A DNA stretch of 64,000 nt from an uncultured Chloroflexota bacterium (lineage in GTDB: Bacteria; Chloroflexota; Limnocylindria; Limnocylindrales; CSP1-4). Of the stretch, positions 25,586-35,450 are shown piece after piece. The stretch is from assembly GCA_947085195.1 (NCBI GenBank), contig CAMTVM010000030.1, positions 337 through 64,336 on the forward strand. The letters run 5' to 3'. Made by a program: the position numbers and the translations under genes. Numbering within the stretch: position 1 is the stretch's first letter; every line of letters starts with the position of its first letter. The notes under the pieces were generated by a model. It was not told the DNA's origin and did not search any database. It worked only from the letters and a program-made list of their open reading frames with translations.

Positions 25586-26599
25586 TCATCTCCGCGGGTC
25601 CACGTGGATCTTGGGAGCGTCGCTCCAGTCAGGCCGGCGGTGGCCGGCGAGGACGTCGGCGACGTCGTCCAGGGAGACCGTGGCGGCGACGAGCGGTCTC
25701 GGATCCACGGCGCCCGAGGCATACAGCTCGATGATGCCCTCCAGGCCACCGGAGGCACTGAGCACGCCGACCGCCGTCACGTCCTTCAGCGCCATCGTGC
25801 GAGTGTCGATCAGGCTGGGCTGGCCGGCAAGGCCGATGTAGACGACGCGGCGCCCGGGTTCCACGAGGTCGAGCGCGAGGGCCGGCAGCTCGGTCGAGTT
25901 GGAGGCGTCGATGACCGCGTCGCAGAGCAGGTCCGGCAGGGTGTCCCTCGTCCACACGTGCGCGAAGCCGAGCGCCCGGGCGAAGGCGCGTGACCGCTCG
26001 CTCCGGCCCAGCAGGTGGACCTCGATGCCCTCGGCCGCGGCGATCTGCGCGACGAGCAGCCCGATCGTCCCGGGACCGAGGACCAGCAGCCGCTCGCCCG
26101 GCGCCAGTCCGGCCGCACGGACGGCGCGGAGGGCATTCCCGCCCGGCTCCACCATGGCGCCCATCGAAGCCTCCACCGTCGCAGGGAGCGGCACCAGCGC
26201 CCGGACGGGCACCGGGAGCTGCTCGGCCAGCGCACCCGGCCAGCCGTTGCGGACGCCGATCTCGTACCGGCCGGCGCACAGGTGCTGGCGTCCGTGCAGG
26301 CACCGCTCGCAGGTCCCGCACCCCAGCATCGTGTCGCCGGTCACCCGGAGCCCAACCCACGACGGGTCCACGCCGCCGCCGACGGAGGCGACCACGCCGG
26401 CCCACTCGTGGCCGATGCGGATCGGGTAGGCGGCCTGACCCGTGTGCAGGTAGGACATCTCGCCGGTGTAGAACTCGACGTCGGTGCCGCACACGCCCGC
26501 TCGCTCGATGTCGACGATCACCTCGTCGGGTCCGGGTTCGGGAGCAGGGAGCTCACGCACCACCGCGGTGCGCGGCCCCAGGATCACGAACGCGCGCAC
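25586..26599 (-). CDS. Zinc-dependent medium-chain alcohol/polyol dehydrogenase
   Basis: GVCGTDVEFYTG...IGHEWAGVV, a structural-Zn Cys cluster (GCGTCERCLHGRQHLC) and GPGTIGLL. The start was set at the GTG at 26599 (VRAFVILGP). Confidence 0.85.
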   Translation of the reverse strand: MRAFVILGPRTAVVRELPAPEPGPDEVIVDIERAGVCGTDVEFYTGEMSYLHTGQAAYPIRIGHEWAGVVASVGGGVDPSWVGLRVTGDTMLGCGTCERCLHGRQHLCAGRYEIGVRNGWPGALAEQLPVPVRALVPLPATVEASMGAMVEPGGNALRAVRAAGLAPGERLLVLGPGTIGLLVAQIAAAEGIEVHLLGRSERSRAFARALGFAHVWTRDTLPDLLCDAVIDASNSTELPALALDLVEPGRRVVYIGLAGQPSLIDTRTMALKDVTAVGVLSASGGLEGIIELYASGAVDPRPLVAATVSLDDVADVLAGHRRPDWSDAPKIHVDPRR

Positions 26600-26902
26600 G
26601 GTCTCGACCTCCAGATGGCGAGATGGCGAGTGGCGAGGCAGCGGGTGGCGGGGCGAGACACCGGCATCCGGGCCATCCCTCTTCGGTGATCTGGACGCCG
26701 CTGTGGAACCCGCGGCTTCCGCGGCACCTGGGCCCCGAAACCGGACGCCATCAGGACCCGGGTCCGTTGACCAGGGAGACCTTGCGGTACCAATGGGCCA
26801 TGGCAGCCTCGATCTGGACGCTGGGGGATGTTCTCGGTTGCACGGGGTGGTCTCCTCTGCGACCTGCACGGTCCGCTTTGGAGCCTACGCCGGATTCTCG
26901 GG

Positions 26903-27094
26903 TCAGGGCCCTCTTCGCGCGCGGTGGCGTCGGATGCAGAGGTGAACGAGCACGCGCCACGGCCAACCGCCCGGCGCTCTTCCGGCCACGGCTACGACTC
27001 CGGCGACCCTCCACCCCGGAGGCGCCCGGGCCATCTCCAGGAGAGCGTCGTACGTCCATCCCTCCTGCGGTTCGGTCATCAGCGCGAAGCGCAT
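26903..27094 (-). pseudogene. 5' remnant of an LLM-class (luciferase-like) F420-dependent oxidoreductase gene
   Basis: MRFALMTEPQEGWTYDALLEMAR matches the conserved N-terminus of Rv1855c-type LLM oxidoreductases. Similarity is lost after about 25 aa in all frames. Confidence 0.35.
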
Positions 27095-27439
27095 GTCGCT
27101 TCTGTCCGTGCGGCGCGCCAGACCACGTCCATCGTGGGGTCAGGCACCGCTCAACCTGACGGGCCGAACAATGCGTCCGGATTGCGTTGGCATGGTAACG
27201 CGGTCTGCCAGGTCAACCGTTGCGGCCCACGCTGGAGCCGGACACCCCGGCCGCCAGCTGCCCGAGCCACTCGCCGCTTCCCTTGGCGGCTCAATCGGAC
27301 AAGCGTCTCATCGGATCGAGGGCGCAGAAACCGGGCGGTATGGCCTCATAGCCTGTGTCCTCGGGCGGTATGGCCTGGGGCGTTCGCGAACGGTGCTCTC
27401 AGCCACCCGGGAAAGCGCAGGCGATGACGATGCGCAGGA

Positions 27440-28537
27440 TCACCGCAGGTCGGGTGCGGCCCCGGCCACCGCGGGCTCCGCGCGTTCGGACACGCCCGCT
27501 GAGTCGAACGTGGCCATCTCCGCGAGGATCGCCAGCGCCCCGTCGACCAGGGGCATGAGCAGGGCTGCGCCGGTGCCCTCGCCCAGGCGCAGGTCGAGAT
27601 CCAGGTAGGGCACCAGACCCATCCGCTCCAGCGCAGCGCGGTGGCCGATCTCCACCGACCGGTGGGCGGCGATGAGCGAGTCGCGGGCCGCCGGACACAA
27701 CTCCGTGGCGACCAGGGCGGCCGCGCCTGAGATGAACCCGTCGAGGAGGACCGGGACCCGGTTGGCCGCCGCACCCAGGATCACGCCGACCAGTCCCGCG
27801 ATCTCGAGACCGCCGACCCCGGCGAGGAGTGCAAGGGGATCGCCGTGGGCCGTCCGGTTTGCCGCGAGCGCCCGTTCCACCGCCGCGACCTTGCGCCCGA
27901 GGCCGGCATCGTCCACCCCGGTCCCGCGTCCGGTCACCTCGGCCGCCGGACGGCCCGTGATCGCCGCGACCAGGGCACTCGACGCGGTCGTGTTGCCGAT
28001 GCCCATGTCGCCCGTGGCGACAAGGTCGATCCCCCGCTCCACCTCGCGCTCGACGACGTCGACCCCGACCGCGATCGCGGCCAGCGCCTCCACCTCGGTC
28101 ATGGCCGGCCCTGCCGTCATGTTCCGCGTGCCGCTGGCGACCCGGCGGGCCACGAGGTCCGGGTGAGCGGGAACGTCCGTCGCCGTACCGACATCCACCA
28201 CAACCACCCGCGCCCCGGCGGCCCTCGCGAGGACGTTGATCGCCGCTCCACCGGCAAGGAAGTTGCCGACCATCTGGGCCGTCACTTCCTGCGGGTACGC
28301 GGAGACGCCCTCGGTCGCCACACCGTGGTCGCCGACCATGACGACCACGGTCTTTCGCGGCAGCCGGGGCATCGACTGGCCCGTGATCCCGGCAATCGTG
28401 ACCGCGAGCTCCTCGAGTCGGCCGAGGCTGCCCTGGGGCTTGGTCAGCCGGTCCAGCCGCGCACGGGTCGCGGCCATCGCCGCCTGGTCCCGGGCCGGGA
28501 CCCGGTCCGTGAATGCGTGCACGGACGATCGATCCAT
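27440..28537 (-). CDS. cobT: Nicotinate-nucleotide--dimethylbenzimidazole phosphoribosyltransferase
   Basis: LTKPQGSLGRLEELA, GDHGV, GDMGIGNTT and LGEGTGA motifs. The start was set at MDRSS (ATG at 28537). The upstream 305 aa of the 670-aa ORF are out-of-gene junk overlapping pduX. Confidence 0.9.
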   Translation of the reverse strand: MDRSSVHAFTDRVPARDQAAMAATRARLDRLTKPQGSLGRLEELAVTIAGITGQSMPRLPRKTVVVMVGDHGVATEGVSAYPQEVTAQMVGNFLAGGAAINVLARAAGARVVVVDVGTATDVPAHPDLVARRVASGTRNMTAGPAMTEVEALAAIAVGVDVVEREVERGIDLVATGDMGIGNTTASSALVAAITGRPAAEVTGRGTGVDDAGLGRKVAAVERALAANRTAHGDPLALLAGVGGLEIAGLVGVILGAAANRVPVLLDGFISGAAALVATELCPAARDSLIAAHRSVEIGHRAALERMGLVPYLDLDLRLGEGTGAALLMPLVDGALAILAEMATFDSAGVSERAEPAVAGAAPDLR

Positions 28538-28541
28538 GTAG

Positions 28542-29495
28542 TCAGCTCCTCGTAACTTGCTGGATGAGCGTGGGCTCATGGGACGATGCCGCTCGACGTC
28601 CGCCCAGCACGCGGACGCCGCCGCCGGCAAGCGGAGACGACCACGCGTCGACGAGGTCCGGCAGGGTGCGACGGGCGAGCCCGACGGCGAGCGCGACGAG
28701 CTCCGGCTCCGGTGGCAGCAGGAGGCCGAGTGCCGTGCCGCTGTGGGCCGCGCACACCCCGTACGCCCCCAGACGCGCGGCGATCTCGAGCGTCTCGTGG
28801 AGCGCCGGCTTTGGCAGCAGGACCTCGTTCGCGAGCGCGCTGAGCGTCGCCCCGGCGCCGACGGCACGCGGATCGGCTGTGGCAATGCCGCGGCGGACCT
28901 GGGCGAGCGCGACCCGCTGCAGGTCCACCAGGCTCGGCGGTGGGAGGGGTCCGGCCGCATGGTGGGCGATCGTGTCCACGGCACCACCGAAGTCGAGGGC
29001 GACAACCGCGATCGCGGGCACCGGGCCCAGGGCTTCCCAGCGCCTTCCCATCCGCCCCTCGAGGAGGGCGAGGCCCGGCAGCATCGTGCTGTCGCTGGGC
29101 TCGATCGCGACCGCGAGTCGTGCGATCTCGAAGGGTCCCAGGCTCTCCCCGAGCGCCGCGGCGGTGGCCGCGATGGCACCGGCGACATCGGCCGTGCTGG
29201 TGCCGAAGCCGCGGGCGACCGGGAGGTCAGAGCGGATCTCGATGCGGACACCGAACGGGTGACGCCCGTCCGGCCGGCCCCAGAGCTCGTCCAGGGTGCG
29301 CCGTGCCGCGGCGAGCGCCCTCGGCCGGTCCGCCGGGCCGTGGTCCACCCCCTGGTCGACGATGGTGACGCGGACCCGGGAGGTTCGATCAATCGGACAC
29401 GACACCAGGAACGCCCGGCCGTCGGCATCCATTCCCTGGACCAGCTCACCACAGGTGAGCGGAACCAGCGCCGTCGCCGATCGCGGCCGGATCAT
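28542..29495 (-). CDS. pduX: GHMP-family L-threonine kinase (PduX-like)
   Basis: CGELVQG, PVARGFGTSTADVAGAI, IEPSDST, LLPKP and AHSGTALGLL align with Salmonella PduX motifs. The ATG at 29495 overlaps the cobC stop (ATGA). Confidence 0.75.
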   Translation of the reverse strand: MIRPRSATALVPLTCGELVQGMDADGRAFLVSCPIDRTSRVRVTIVDQGVDHGPADRPRALAAARRTLDELWGRPDGRHPFGVRIEIRSDLPVARGFGTSTADVAGAIAATAAALGESLGPFEIARLAVAIEPSDSTMLPGLALLEGRMGRRWEALGPVPAIAVVALDFGGAVDTIAHHAAGPLPPPSLVDLQRVALAQVRRGIATADPRAVGAGATLSALANEVLLPKPALHETLEIAARLGAYGVCAAHSGTALGLLLPPEPELVALAVGLARRTLPDLVDAWSSPLAGGGVRVLGGRRAASSHEPTLIQQVTRS

Positions 29496-30097
29496 CGCAC
29501 GACCCCCCGGCCAGGCTGCCAGCACCCGACGATGCGCGGAGCCGGATCGCTCTCGACCTCGACGATCTCGCCGGGCGCGAGGCGGCCGGTCGGCTCGCGG
29601 CCCTCGACGGCCGGCGGGAGCGAGAGTGCCATGGCAAGTGACCCCTCGTGGGCCACCACGATCGTCGCCGGGTCGGCCGAATCGAGGAGCGCGGCCCAGG
29701 CTGCAGCCACGCGCTCGCGGAACGCGGCGGCCGACTCCCCGTCCGGCCAGTCGATGGCCCGCTCTCCGCGGAGAAGCCGGTCCGCGAGCAGCGGCCGGTC
29801 CCGGGCCAGGTCATTGAAGGTCGCGCCCTCGACGGCACCGAAATCGACCTCGCGCCAGCGGTCATCCACGGTGAGGGCCCAGCCGCCGGCCGTGGCAATG
29901 CGGCCGGCCGGCCCGGCGGCCCGCCGCAGGGGGCTGGTGACCACGCGTGTCCCGCTCGGCGCCCGGTCGGTCAGCCGGGCAACGATCCCGTCGACCGCGC
30001 GGCGGCCATCGGGGCTCAGCGGGACGTCGGTCCTGCCCGCGTATCGGTGGCCAGACCAGGTGGTCGCGGGGTGGCGGACGAGGTAGAGCGTGGTCAC
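29492..30097 (-). CDS. cobC: Histidine-phosphatase family protein (alpha-ribazole-5'-phosphate phosphatase)
   Basis: LYLVRHPAT (RHG-type motif) and VAHEGS. The gene sits in the cob operon. Confidence 0.75.
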   Translation of the reverse strand: MTTLYLVRHPATTWSGHRYAGRTDVPLSPDGRRAVDGIVARLTDRAPSGTRVVTSPLRRAAGPAGRIATAGGWALTVDDRWREVDFGAVEGATFNDLARDRPLLADRLLRGERAIDWPDGESAAAFRERVAAAWAALLDSADPATIVVAHEGSLAMALSLPPAVEGREPTGRLAPGEIVEVESDPAPRIVGCWQPGRGVVR

Positions 30098-30615
30098 GGG
30101 CGGCCGCGCAGCGTGAGCGGGAAGCCGGCCACCACGAGCACGACCTCGTCGGCGAAGGCGGCGGCGGCCTGGTTGAGCGTCCCGAGCTCATCGCGGAAGC
30201 GGCGCCCAAGCTCCGAGGCCGGCACCAGCCCGAGACCGACCTCGTCCGAGACGAGGACCACCGGCGCATCCCGCTCCCCGATCGCCCGGGCGGCCGCGAC
30301 CCACCGCTTGGCCACGCCCTCGTCGGACTCGAGCAGCGTGCCGACCCACAGGGTCAGCGAATCCACGAGGAGCACGTGCCCCGCCGGCGCTGCGGAGACC
30401 GCTGTCGCGAGGTCGGACCCCGCCTCGATCGTCCCCCAGGCGGGTGGTCGCCGGAGCCGGTGGGCCGCGATCCGGGCGTCGAGCCCGGGTTCGCCCGTGC
30501 GCGCCGTGGCGAGATAGGTGACCCGCTCGCCACCGAAACGGAGGGCAGCCTCCTCCGCGTAGCGGCTCTTGCCGCTGCGAGTGCCGCCCAGGACGAGCAG
30601 GCGGTGCCCGCTCAC
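30094..30615 (-). CDS. cobU: Adenosylcobinamide kinase / adenosylcobinamide-phosphate guanylyltransferase
   Basis: LVLGGTRSGKSRYAE P-loop, about 173 aa, and LVSDEVGLGLVP motif. Confidence 0.85.
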   Translation of the reverse strand: MSGHRLLVLGGTRSGKSRYAEEAALRFGGERVTYLATARTGEPGLDARIAAHRLRRPPAWGTIEAGSDLATAVSAAPAGHVLLVDSLTLWVGTLLESDEGVAKRWVAAARAIGERDAPVVLVSDEVGLGLVPASELGRRFRDELGTLNQAAAAFADEVVLVVAGFPLTLRGRP

Positions 30616-31670
30616 GGGGTGGCCTCCCGGAGGGCATCGGCCCGCGACACCCCGAACATGGCGTCGAGCGCCGCGAACAGGCGCGCCTGCTCACCGGGCG
30701 GCCGGACCGCGACGCGCAGGTAGCCCGGGAGACCGAAGCTCGTCGCATCGCGCACCGCGATCCGCTCGCGGGCGAGGGTGTCGATGATCCCGCGCGCCCC
30801 GGGGCCCGCGTCGGCAAGCACGAACGGGGCCTCGGACGGCACCGGCACCAGGCCGCGTGCGGCGAGCCCGGCCGCCAGCGCCTCCCGCCAGGCCGTGATC
30901 GTCGCCAGGTCGGACGGTGGAAGGTCCCAGTGGGCGGCCGTCGCCGCGGCGATCGCGTGCGCCCCCACCTGCCACGGGTCCCGGACGGCCCGCATCCGCG
31001 CGAGGAGCTCCGGCTGACCAAGGACGTATCCCACCCGGACACCGGGGGTCGCGAGGATCTTGGTCAGGCTCCGCACGAGCAGCACGCGCCCCGTGGCGAG
31101 GAGTGGCTCGGCCGCCGGCCGGACGGGCGAGAACGGCGCGAACGACTGGTCGAGGACGAGGAGGGCGCCTTCCGGCGCGGCCCCGAGCGCCTCCAGCAGG
31201 CGACGGTGCCCGGCTTCGCCCAGCGAGCGGCCGGTCGGGTTGTTCGGGTCGCAGGCGATGATGATGGTGGGCGCGGGCCCCTCGAGCGCCGCGGCGAGTG
31301 CGGCGGTCGGTGGGTCGAAGGAGGGTTCTGCCGCTCGTACCTCCGCAGCCCCAGCCAGCGCGGCGACCCTCGCGTACTCGCCGTACGTGGGGCCGGCGAT
31401 GACGACGCGGGCGCCGGGTGCCAGGAACGCCAGGGCGAGCAGTCGGAGGGCTTCCGTCGCACCCGCGGTCAGGAGGACCGAGCCGGACCCGAGACCGGCT
31501 TCGGCCGCGAGGTACGCCTCGGCGTCCCGTGGGTCGAGATCCGCGTACCGGTCGTACCGGACGGCGGCGATCGCCTCCCGGACCGGGACCGGGGTCCCGA
31601 GCGGGTTCGGGTTGGCGCTCAGGTCAAGCCACCCCGCCGGCGCTCCGCCGTGGATGACGGCCTCAGCCAT
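30612..31670 (-). CDS. cobD: L-threonine-O-3-phosphate decarboxylase (class I/II aminotransferase fold)
   Basis: N-terminal HGG, LDLSANPNPLG, CDPNNPTG, and SLTKILATPGVRVGY (PLP lysine). The start was set at MAEAV (31670). Confidence 0.8.
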   Translation of the reverse strand: MAEAVIHGGAPAGWLDLSANPNPLGTPVPVREAIAAVRYDRYADLDPRDAEAYLAAEAGLGSGSVLLTAGATEALRLLALAFLAPGARVVIAGPTYGEYARVAALAGAAEVRAAEPSFDPPTAALAAALEGPAPTIIIACDPNNPTGRSLGEAGHRRLLEALGAAPEGALLVLDQSFAPFSPVRPAAEPLLATGRVLLVRSLTKILATPGVRVGYVLGQPELLARMRAVRDPWQVGAHAIAAATAAHWDLPPSDLATITAWREALAAGLAARGLVPVPSEAPFVLADAGPGARGIIDTLARERIAVRDATSFGLPGYLRVAVRPPGEQARLFAALDAMFGVSRADALREATP

Positions 31671-32577
31671 CGTGACCTTCGCGACGATCGAGGGCGGCGA
31701 AGGCGAGCGTGACGAGGCTGGCCGCCACCAGGACCAGGCGCCGGGCCCGCGCGCCATCGGCGGCCACGGGCGCCCGCCCGTCACCCAGCCGGTAGACGCC
31801 CGGCTTCTCGAGCCAGACCCCGAGCGCCCCCGCGGCCGCGGCCATCGGCCAGCCGGCATTGGGGCTCGCGGTCCGGACGCGGTCGCGGCGCAGCACACGG
31901 AGGGCGCCGGACACGGAGCCCCCGGCCGGGGCTGCCGCCAGCGCCAGGGCGATCCCCGTCAGGCGGGCCGGCATGAGGTTCACAAGGTCATCCAGGCGGG
32001 CCGCGGGCTTGCCGAGGTACTCGTACCGTCCGCGGTACCCGACCATCGCGTCGGCGGTGTTCACGACCCGGTAGGCGAGCGCCGCCGGTAGGCCGCCCAG
32101 GGCGTACCAGCACAGCGGGGCGACGTACGAATCGCACGCGTTCTCCGCCAGCGACTCGGCGATGGCCGATGCGATGTGGGCCGTGTCCAGCGTCTCGACC
32201 GGGCGACTGACCAGGGCCGACAGCTCCGAGCGGGCCCCCGCCTCGTCGCCGCGCTCGAGCGCCTCCTCCACTCGCCGGCCGGCACCGACCAGGCCGCGGA
32301 GCGCGAACGTCGACTTCAGGAGCCAGGCGGTGGCCAGGATCCGGACCGGGGCCGGCCGCAGCCGCTCCACGAACCGGCCGACACCGGCGGCAATCACGGC
32401 CGGGACGGCGACCAGGACCACGCCGCGCCCCACCGCCGCCCACGGGGTCGTGGGCGCTCGGCGCTCCAGCACCCCGATCAGCCGGCCGGACAGGACCACC
32501 GGGTGAACCGCGGCCGGGGGCTCGCCGGCCAGCACGTCAAGCGCCAGCGCCAGGAGCCAGGTCCCAGGGCGCCTCAT
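31663..32577 (-). CDS. cbiB: Adenosylcobinamide-phosphate synthase
   Basis: Membrane protein with LLALALDVLAGEPP..HPV, SPNAGWPMAAAAGALGV. The start was set at MRRPGTW (32577). Confidence 0.85.
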   Translation of the reverse strand: MRRPGTWLLALALDVLAGEPPAAVHPVVLSGRLIGVLERRAPTTPWAAVGRGVVLVAVPAVIAAGVGRFVERLRPAPVRILATAWLLKSTFALRGLVGAGRRVEEALERGDEAGARSELSALVSRPVETLDTAHIASAIAESLAENACDSYVAPLCWYALGGLPAALAYRVVNTADAMVGYRGRYEYLGKPAARLDDLVNLMPARLTGIALALAAAPAGGSVSGALRVLRRDRVRTASPNAGWPMAAAAGALGVWLEKPGVYRLGDGRAPVAADGARARRLVLVAASLVTLAFAALDRREGHDG

Positions 32578-33323
32578 GCCCGGCCGCCCAGGCCACCCGC
32601 GGCGGCGCCCAGGCCACCCGGGCCGCCCGCGGCGCGCCGCTCGAGCTCCGTGGCGATCGCCTCGTTCATCAGCCTGCCGGCGATGAAGCCCAGCTCCGTC
32701 GCCGCGCCCGCATGGCGGATCTCCCGCCCCGCGGTGCGGCGCCAGAAGATCGCGATCGCATCCGTGCTCGTCCCGCTGGCCCGCGCCCCGGAGACCGTCG
32801 TGAACCCCGACTCGACGAGCGCCGCCGACTTCGCCTCCGCGAGGACCATCGCCAGCTCCACCACCGCGGGGGCGCGGACCGGCCGGTCCACGAGGACGAT
32901 CGCGTTGATGGTGCCCGGGCCCGCAACGGTCGCGCGTTCCCCGGGCCGGGTCGCATTGCCCAGCCCGACGGTCACCAGCGCCCGGACGGCGGCTCCCTCC
33001 GCGACCCCGGCCATGACCTGCGTCTGGGCGAGGTCCACCGCCGTCATGAGCCCGACCGTCGGTCCGGCCAGGGCCAGCGATGTGGCGACCTCGCGCAGCT
33101 CGCGCTCCGGCCGGTCGCCGCGGTACGTGAGCGGCACGTGGAGGTGGACCAGCGAACGGGCGTGCCGCCAGCCGCCACCCAGGACGGCGCTGCTCAGGAC
33201 CTGCCACGGCGCGTCGAGCCGGAGGACGACCGTGATCTCGCGCCGCTCGACGTGGACGCCTGGCAGCAGCTCGTGGCGCTCGAGCACCCCGCTCGACGTG
33301 GCGTCGATGGCGGCGACGCTCAT
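32574..33323 (-). CDS. cbiZ: Adenosylcobinamide amidohydrolase
   Basis: VLSSAVLGGGW, GLMTAVDL, GTINAIVLVD and TGTSTDAI-like (ASGTSTDAIAI) motifs of CbiZ. The start was set at the ATG at 33323. Confidence 0.8.
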   Translation of the reverse strand: MSVAAIDATSSGVLERHELLPGVHVERREITVVLRLDAPWQVLSSAVLGGGWRHARSLVHLHVPLTYRGDRPERELREVATSLALAGPTVGLMTAVDLAQTQVMAGVAEGAAVRALVTVGLGNATRPGERATVAGPGTINAIVLVDRPVRAPAVVELAMVLAEAKSAALVESGFTTVSGARASGTSTDAIAIFWRRTAGREIRHAGAATELGFIAGRLMNEAIATELERRAAGGPGGLGAAAGGLGGRA

Positions 33324-34108
33324 CCCGCGATCGCCTGCCCGACAAGGGCTGCCGCAAAGCTGACCTCGATGGCTGCACCGTAGGCGTCGCCGGTCACCGC
33401 CCCATGCCTGCGCGCGACCAGCCACAGGATGGCCGACCCGGCGCCCAGGCCGGCCGCCCAGCCGATGACGGGCGCGAGCACGAAGGGCGCGAACGTCACG
33501 GGCGCGGGCACGAAGGGCGGGAGGACGGGCGCGAGCACCGGGAGCGCGGAGACCAGGAACGCGACGGCGAGGCTCGCGCCCAGCGCGATGGCGCTCCCGC
33601 CGCGCCCGGAGTGCGCCGCGAACCAGGCCCCGAAGCCGGTCTCCGCCCGGGGTGCCCACGGGGCGGCGAGAGCCGGGATGGCGCGCGAGGTCGCGCCCGC
33701 CACCACAAGGGCAGGGAGCAGGAGGCCGGCGCCCAGCGACGCCAGCGCCGCCGCCTCCACGAGGAGCACCAGCGTCACGGCGGCCGCCCCCGCCGCGCCG
33801 ATGGCCGGGTCGCGGCGAGCGCGTTCGGCTCCCCCGGGATCCGGCGCCACGAGCGCATCGGCCGTGTCGGCGACGCCGTCGAGGTGGAGCGCGCCGCTGG
33901 CGACCGCGAGCACGACCAGGGCCAGCGCGGCTGCGAGCAGCCGCTCCTCCCCGAACGGGATCGCCACCAGGCCGGCCACCGTGCCCAGGCCCGCCCCGAC
34001 CAGCGCGAACGCCGCCGAGCCCGACCTGTCGGTGCCTCCCGGCGCGACGGGGAGGCGCGTCAGCAGCGCGAGCGCGGAGCGGATCTCGATCGCGATGGCC
34101 GCCATCAC
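33320..34108 (-). CDS. cobS: Adenosylcobinamide-GDP ribazoletransferase (cobalamin 5'-phosphate synthase)
   Basis: Polytopic membrane protein with LTRLPV and HLDGVADTADAL motifs. Confidence 0.85.
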   Translation of the reverse strand: MMAAIAIEIRSALALLTRLPVAPGGTDRSGSAAFALVGAGLGTVAGLVAIPFGEERLLAAALALVVLAVASGALHLDGVADTADALVAPDPGGAERARRDPAIGAAGAAAVTLVLLVEAAALASLGAGLLLPALVVAGATSRAIPALAAPWAPRAETGFGAWFAAHSGRGGSAIALGASLAVAFLVSALPVLAPVLPPFVPAPVTFAPFVLAPVIGWAAGLGAGSAILWLVARRHGAVTGDAYGAAIEVSFAAALVGQAIAG

Positions 34109-34656
34109 TAGAACTCGATCCCGCTCTGGGCCGCGATCCCGCGCTCGTAGGGGTGCTTCACCAGCCGTACCTCGCTCACCAGGTCGGCGCGCTCGATGAC
34201 CGCCGCGGAGGCCGCGCGCCCGGTCATCACGACGTGGGTGTCCGGGCGCCGCTCGTCGAGCAGGCCCAGGACGTCCGCCTCGCCGATCAGGCGGGCTGTG
34301 ACGGCGCCGAAGATCTCGTCGAGCACCACAAGATCGACGGTCTCGTCCGCCAGGATCTCGTGGGCACGGGCGAGCCCGGCCTGCGCCGCGGCCTGGTGCT
34401 CGGACATCGGGATGCGCCGGTCGCGCAGGCCCTCGATCGTGAAACCGCGGCCGGACCGGAAGACCACGATCGGCAGGCCGCTGCGCTCGATCGCGCGGAT
34501 CTCCCCGCTCTGCCAGGCGCCCTTGATGAACTGGACGACCACGACGCGCAGGCCGGCGCCGGCGGCGCGCAGGGCCTGGCCGAAGGCGGCGGTGGTCTTG
34601 CCCTTCCCGTCACCGGTGAGCACGATGACGAGACCGGACCGGCGGCTCGGATCCAT
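34108..34656 (-). CDS. cobO: Cob(I)yrinic acid a,c-diamide adenosyltransferase
   Basis: GDGKGKTTAAFG P-loop, VVQFIKG and LVVLDE motifs. The start was set at MDPSRR (34656). Confidence 0.85.
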   Translation of the reverse strand: MDPSRRSGLVIVLTGDGKGKTTAAFGQALRAAGAGLRVVVVQFIKGAWQSGEIRAIERSGLPIVVFRSGRGFTIEGLRDRRIPMSEHQAAAQAGLARAHEILADETVDLVVLDEIFGAVTARLIGEADVLGLLDERRPDTHVVMTGRAASAAVIERADLVSEVRLVKHPYERGIAAQSGIEF

Positions 34657-35450
34657 CAGACACCTCCCGCACTGGCGGCGAGGACCCTGCGGCAGCCGTC
34701 GAGGGAGACCTCGGAGAGGGGCACGCCGAGCCAGCGCCCCAGCTCGTCGACCGGGACCTGTGCCGTGGATCGGTCGACGACGATCCGGCCCCCGGCCACC
34801 ACGACGAGGCGGTCGGCCGCGACCAGTGCCGCATCGAGATCGTGGAGCACCGCGGCGACCGCGCGTCCGGCACGGGCCCACGACCGGATCGTGCGCAGAC
34901 CGTCCGCGGCGTGGGCCGCGTCGAGGTGGCTGAGCGGTTCGTCGAGCAGCACGTAGTCCGTCTCCTGGGCCACCAGCCCGGCCAGCCAGACGCGCGAGCG
35001 CTCGCCGTCGGACAGCGACTCCAGCCGGCGACCGGCCAGGTCGGCAAGCTCCATCGCCTCCAGCGCCCGGAGGACGGCCCGGTCGTCGACACCAGTCGAG
35101 CGCCACCAGCTGCTCCGCGCGAACCGCGCCAGGCCGACAACCTCCTGCACCGTGAAACCGGGCGGGACCGGCAGGCCGGCGGGGGCCAGGAATCCCAGCC
35201 GGCAGGCGCGCTCTGTGGCCGGCAGGCCGGCCAGGGGACGTCCGTCGAGCAGGATCTCGCCTGGCGCCGGCCGGTGGAGACCGGCGAGCAGGCGGAGCAG
35301 CGTGCTCTTGCCGGCCCCGTTGCGCCCGACGATGGCGACGAACTCGCCAGGCCGGATGTCGAGGTCGACGTCCGCGATGAGCGCCCGGCCGCCGACCCTG
35401 GCCGACGCTCCCCGCGCGACGAGGCCGGGCGGGACCGCGGGACGGCTCAC
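34656..35450 (-). CDS. btuD: ABC transporter ATP-binding protein (Fe3+-siderophore/cobalamin type)
   Basis: Walker A GRNGAGKST, signature LSDGE, Walker B VLLDEP. The GTG at 35450 overlaps the permease stop (GTGA). Confidence 0.8.
   Translation of the reverse strand: MSRPAVPPGLVARGASARVGGRALIADVDLDIRPGEFVAIVGRNGAGKSTLLRLLAGLHRPAPGEILLDGRPLAGLPATERACRLGFLAPAGLPVPPGFTVQEVVGLARFARSSWWRSTGVDDRAVLRALEAMELADLAGRRLESLSDGERSRVWLAGLVAQETDYVLLDEPLSHLDAAHAADGLRTIRSWARAGRAVAAVLHDLDAALVAADRLVVVAGGRIVVDRSTAQVPVDELGRWLGVPLSEVSLDGCRRVLAASAGGV

Noticed and set aside
22409-27439. Treating the accessory-looking patch (hydrolase, SagB, VapBC, ADH, remnants) as a mobile element or genomic island.
   Set aside because: No integrase, transposase, tRNA attachment site or flanking direct repeats could be found, and GC content is not visibly different from the surroundings.
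28538-29452. N-terminal 305-aa extension of the cobT ORF. Similar 5' over-extensions occur for cbiB (to 33378), cbiZ (to 33659), cobO (to 35106), btuD (to 36479), the nucleoside phosphorylase (to 42697), holB (to 46934) and the NYN gene (to 48742).
   Set aside because: The extensions overlap the well-supported upstream genes in another frame and are compositionally junk. Conserved N-termini with ATG/GTG and stop-start overlaps define the shorter starts.
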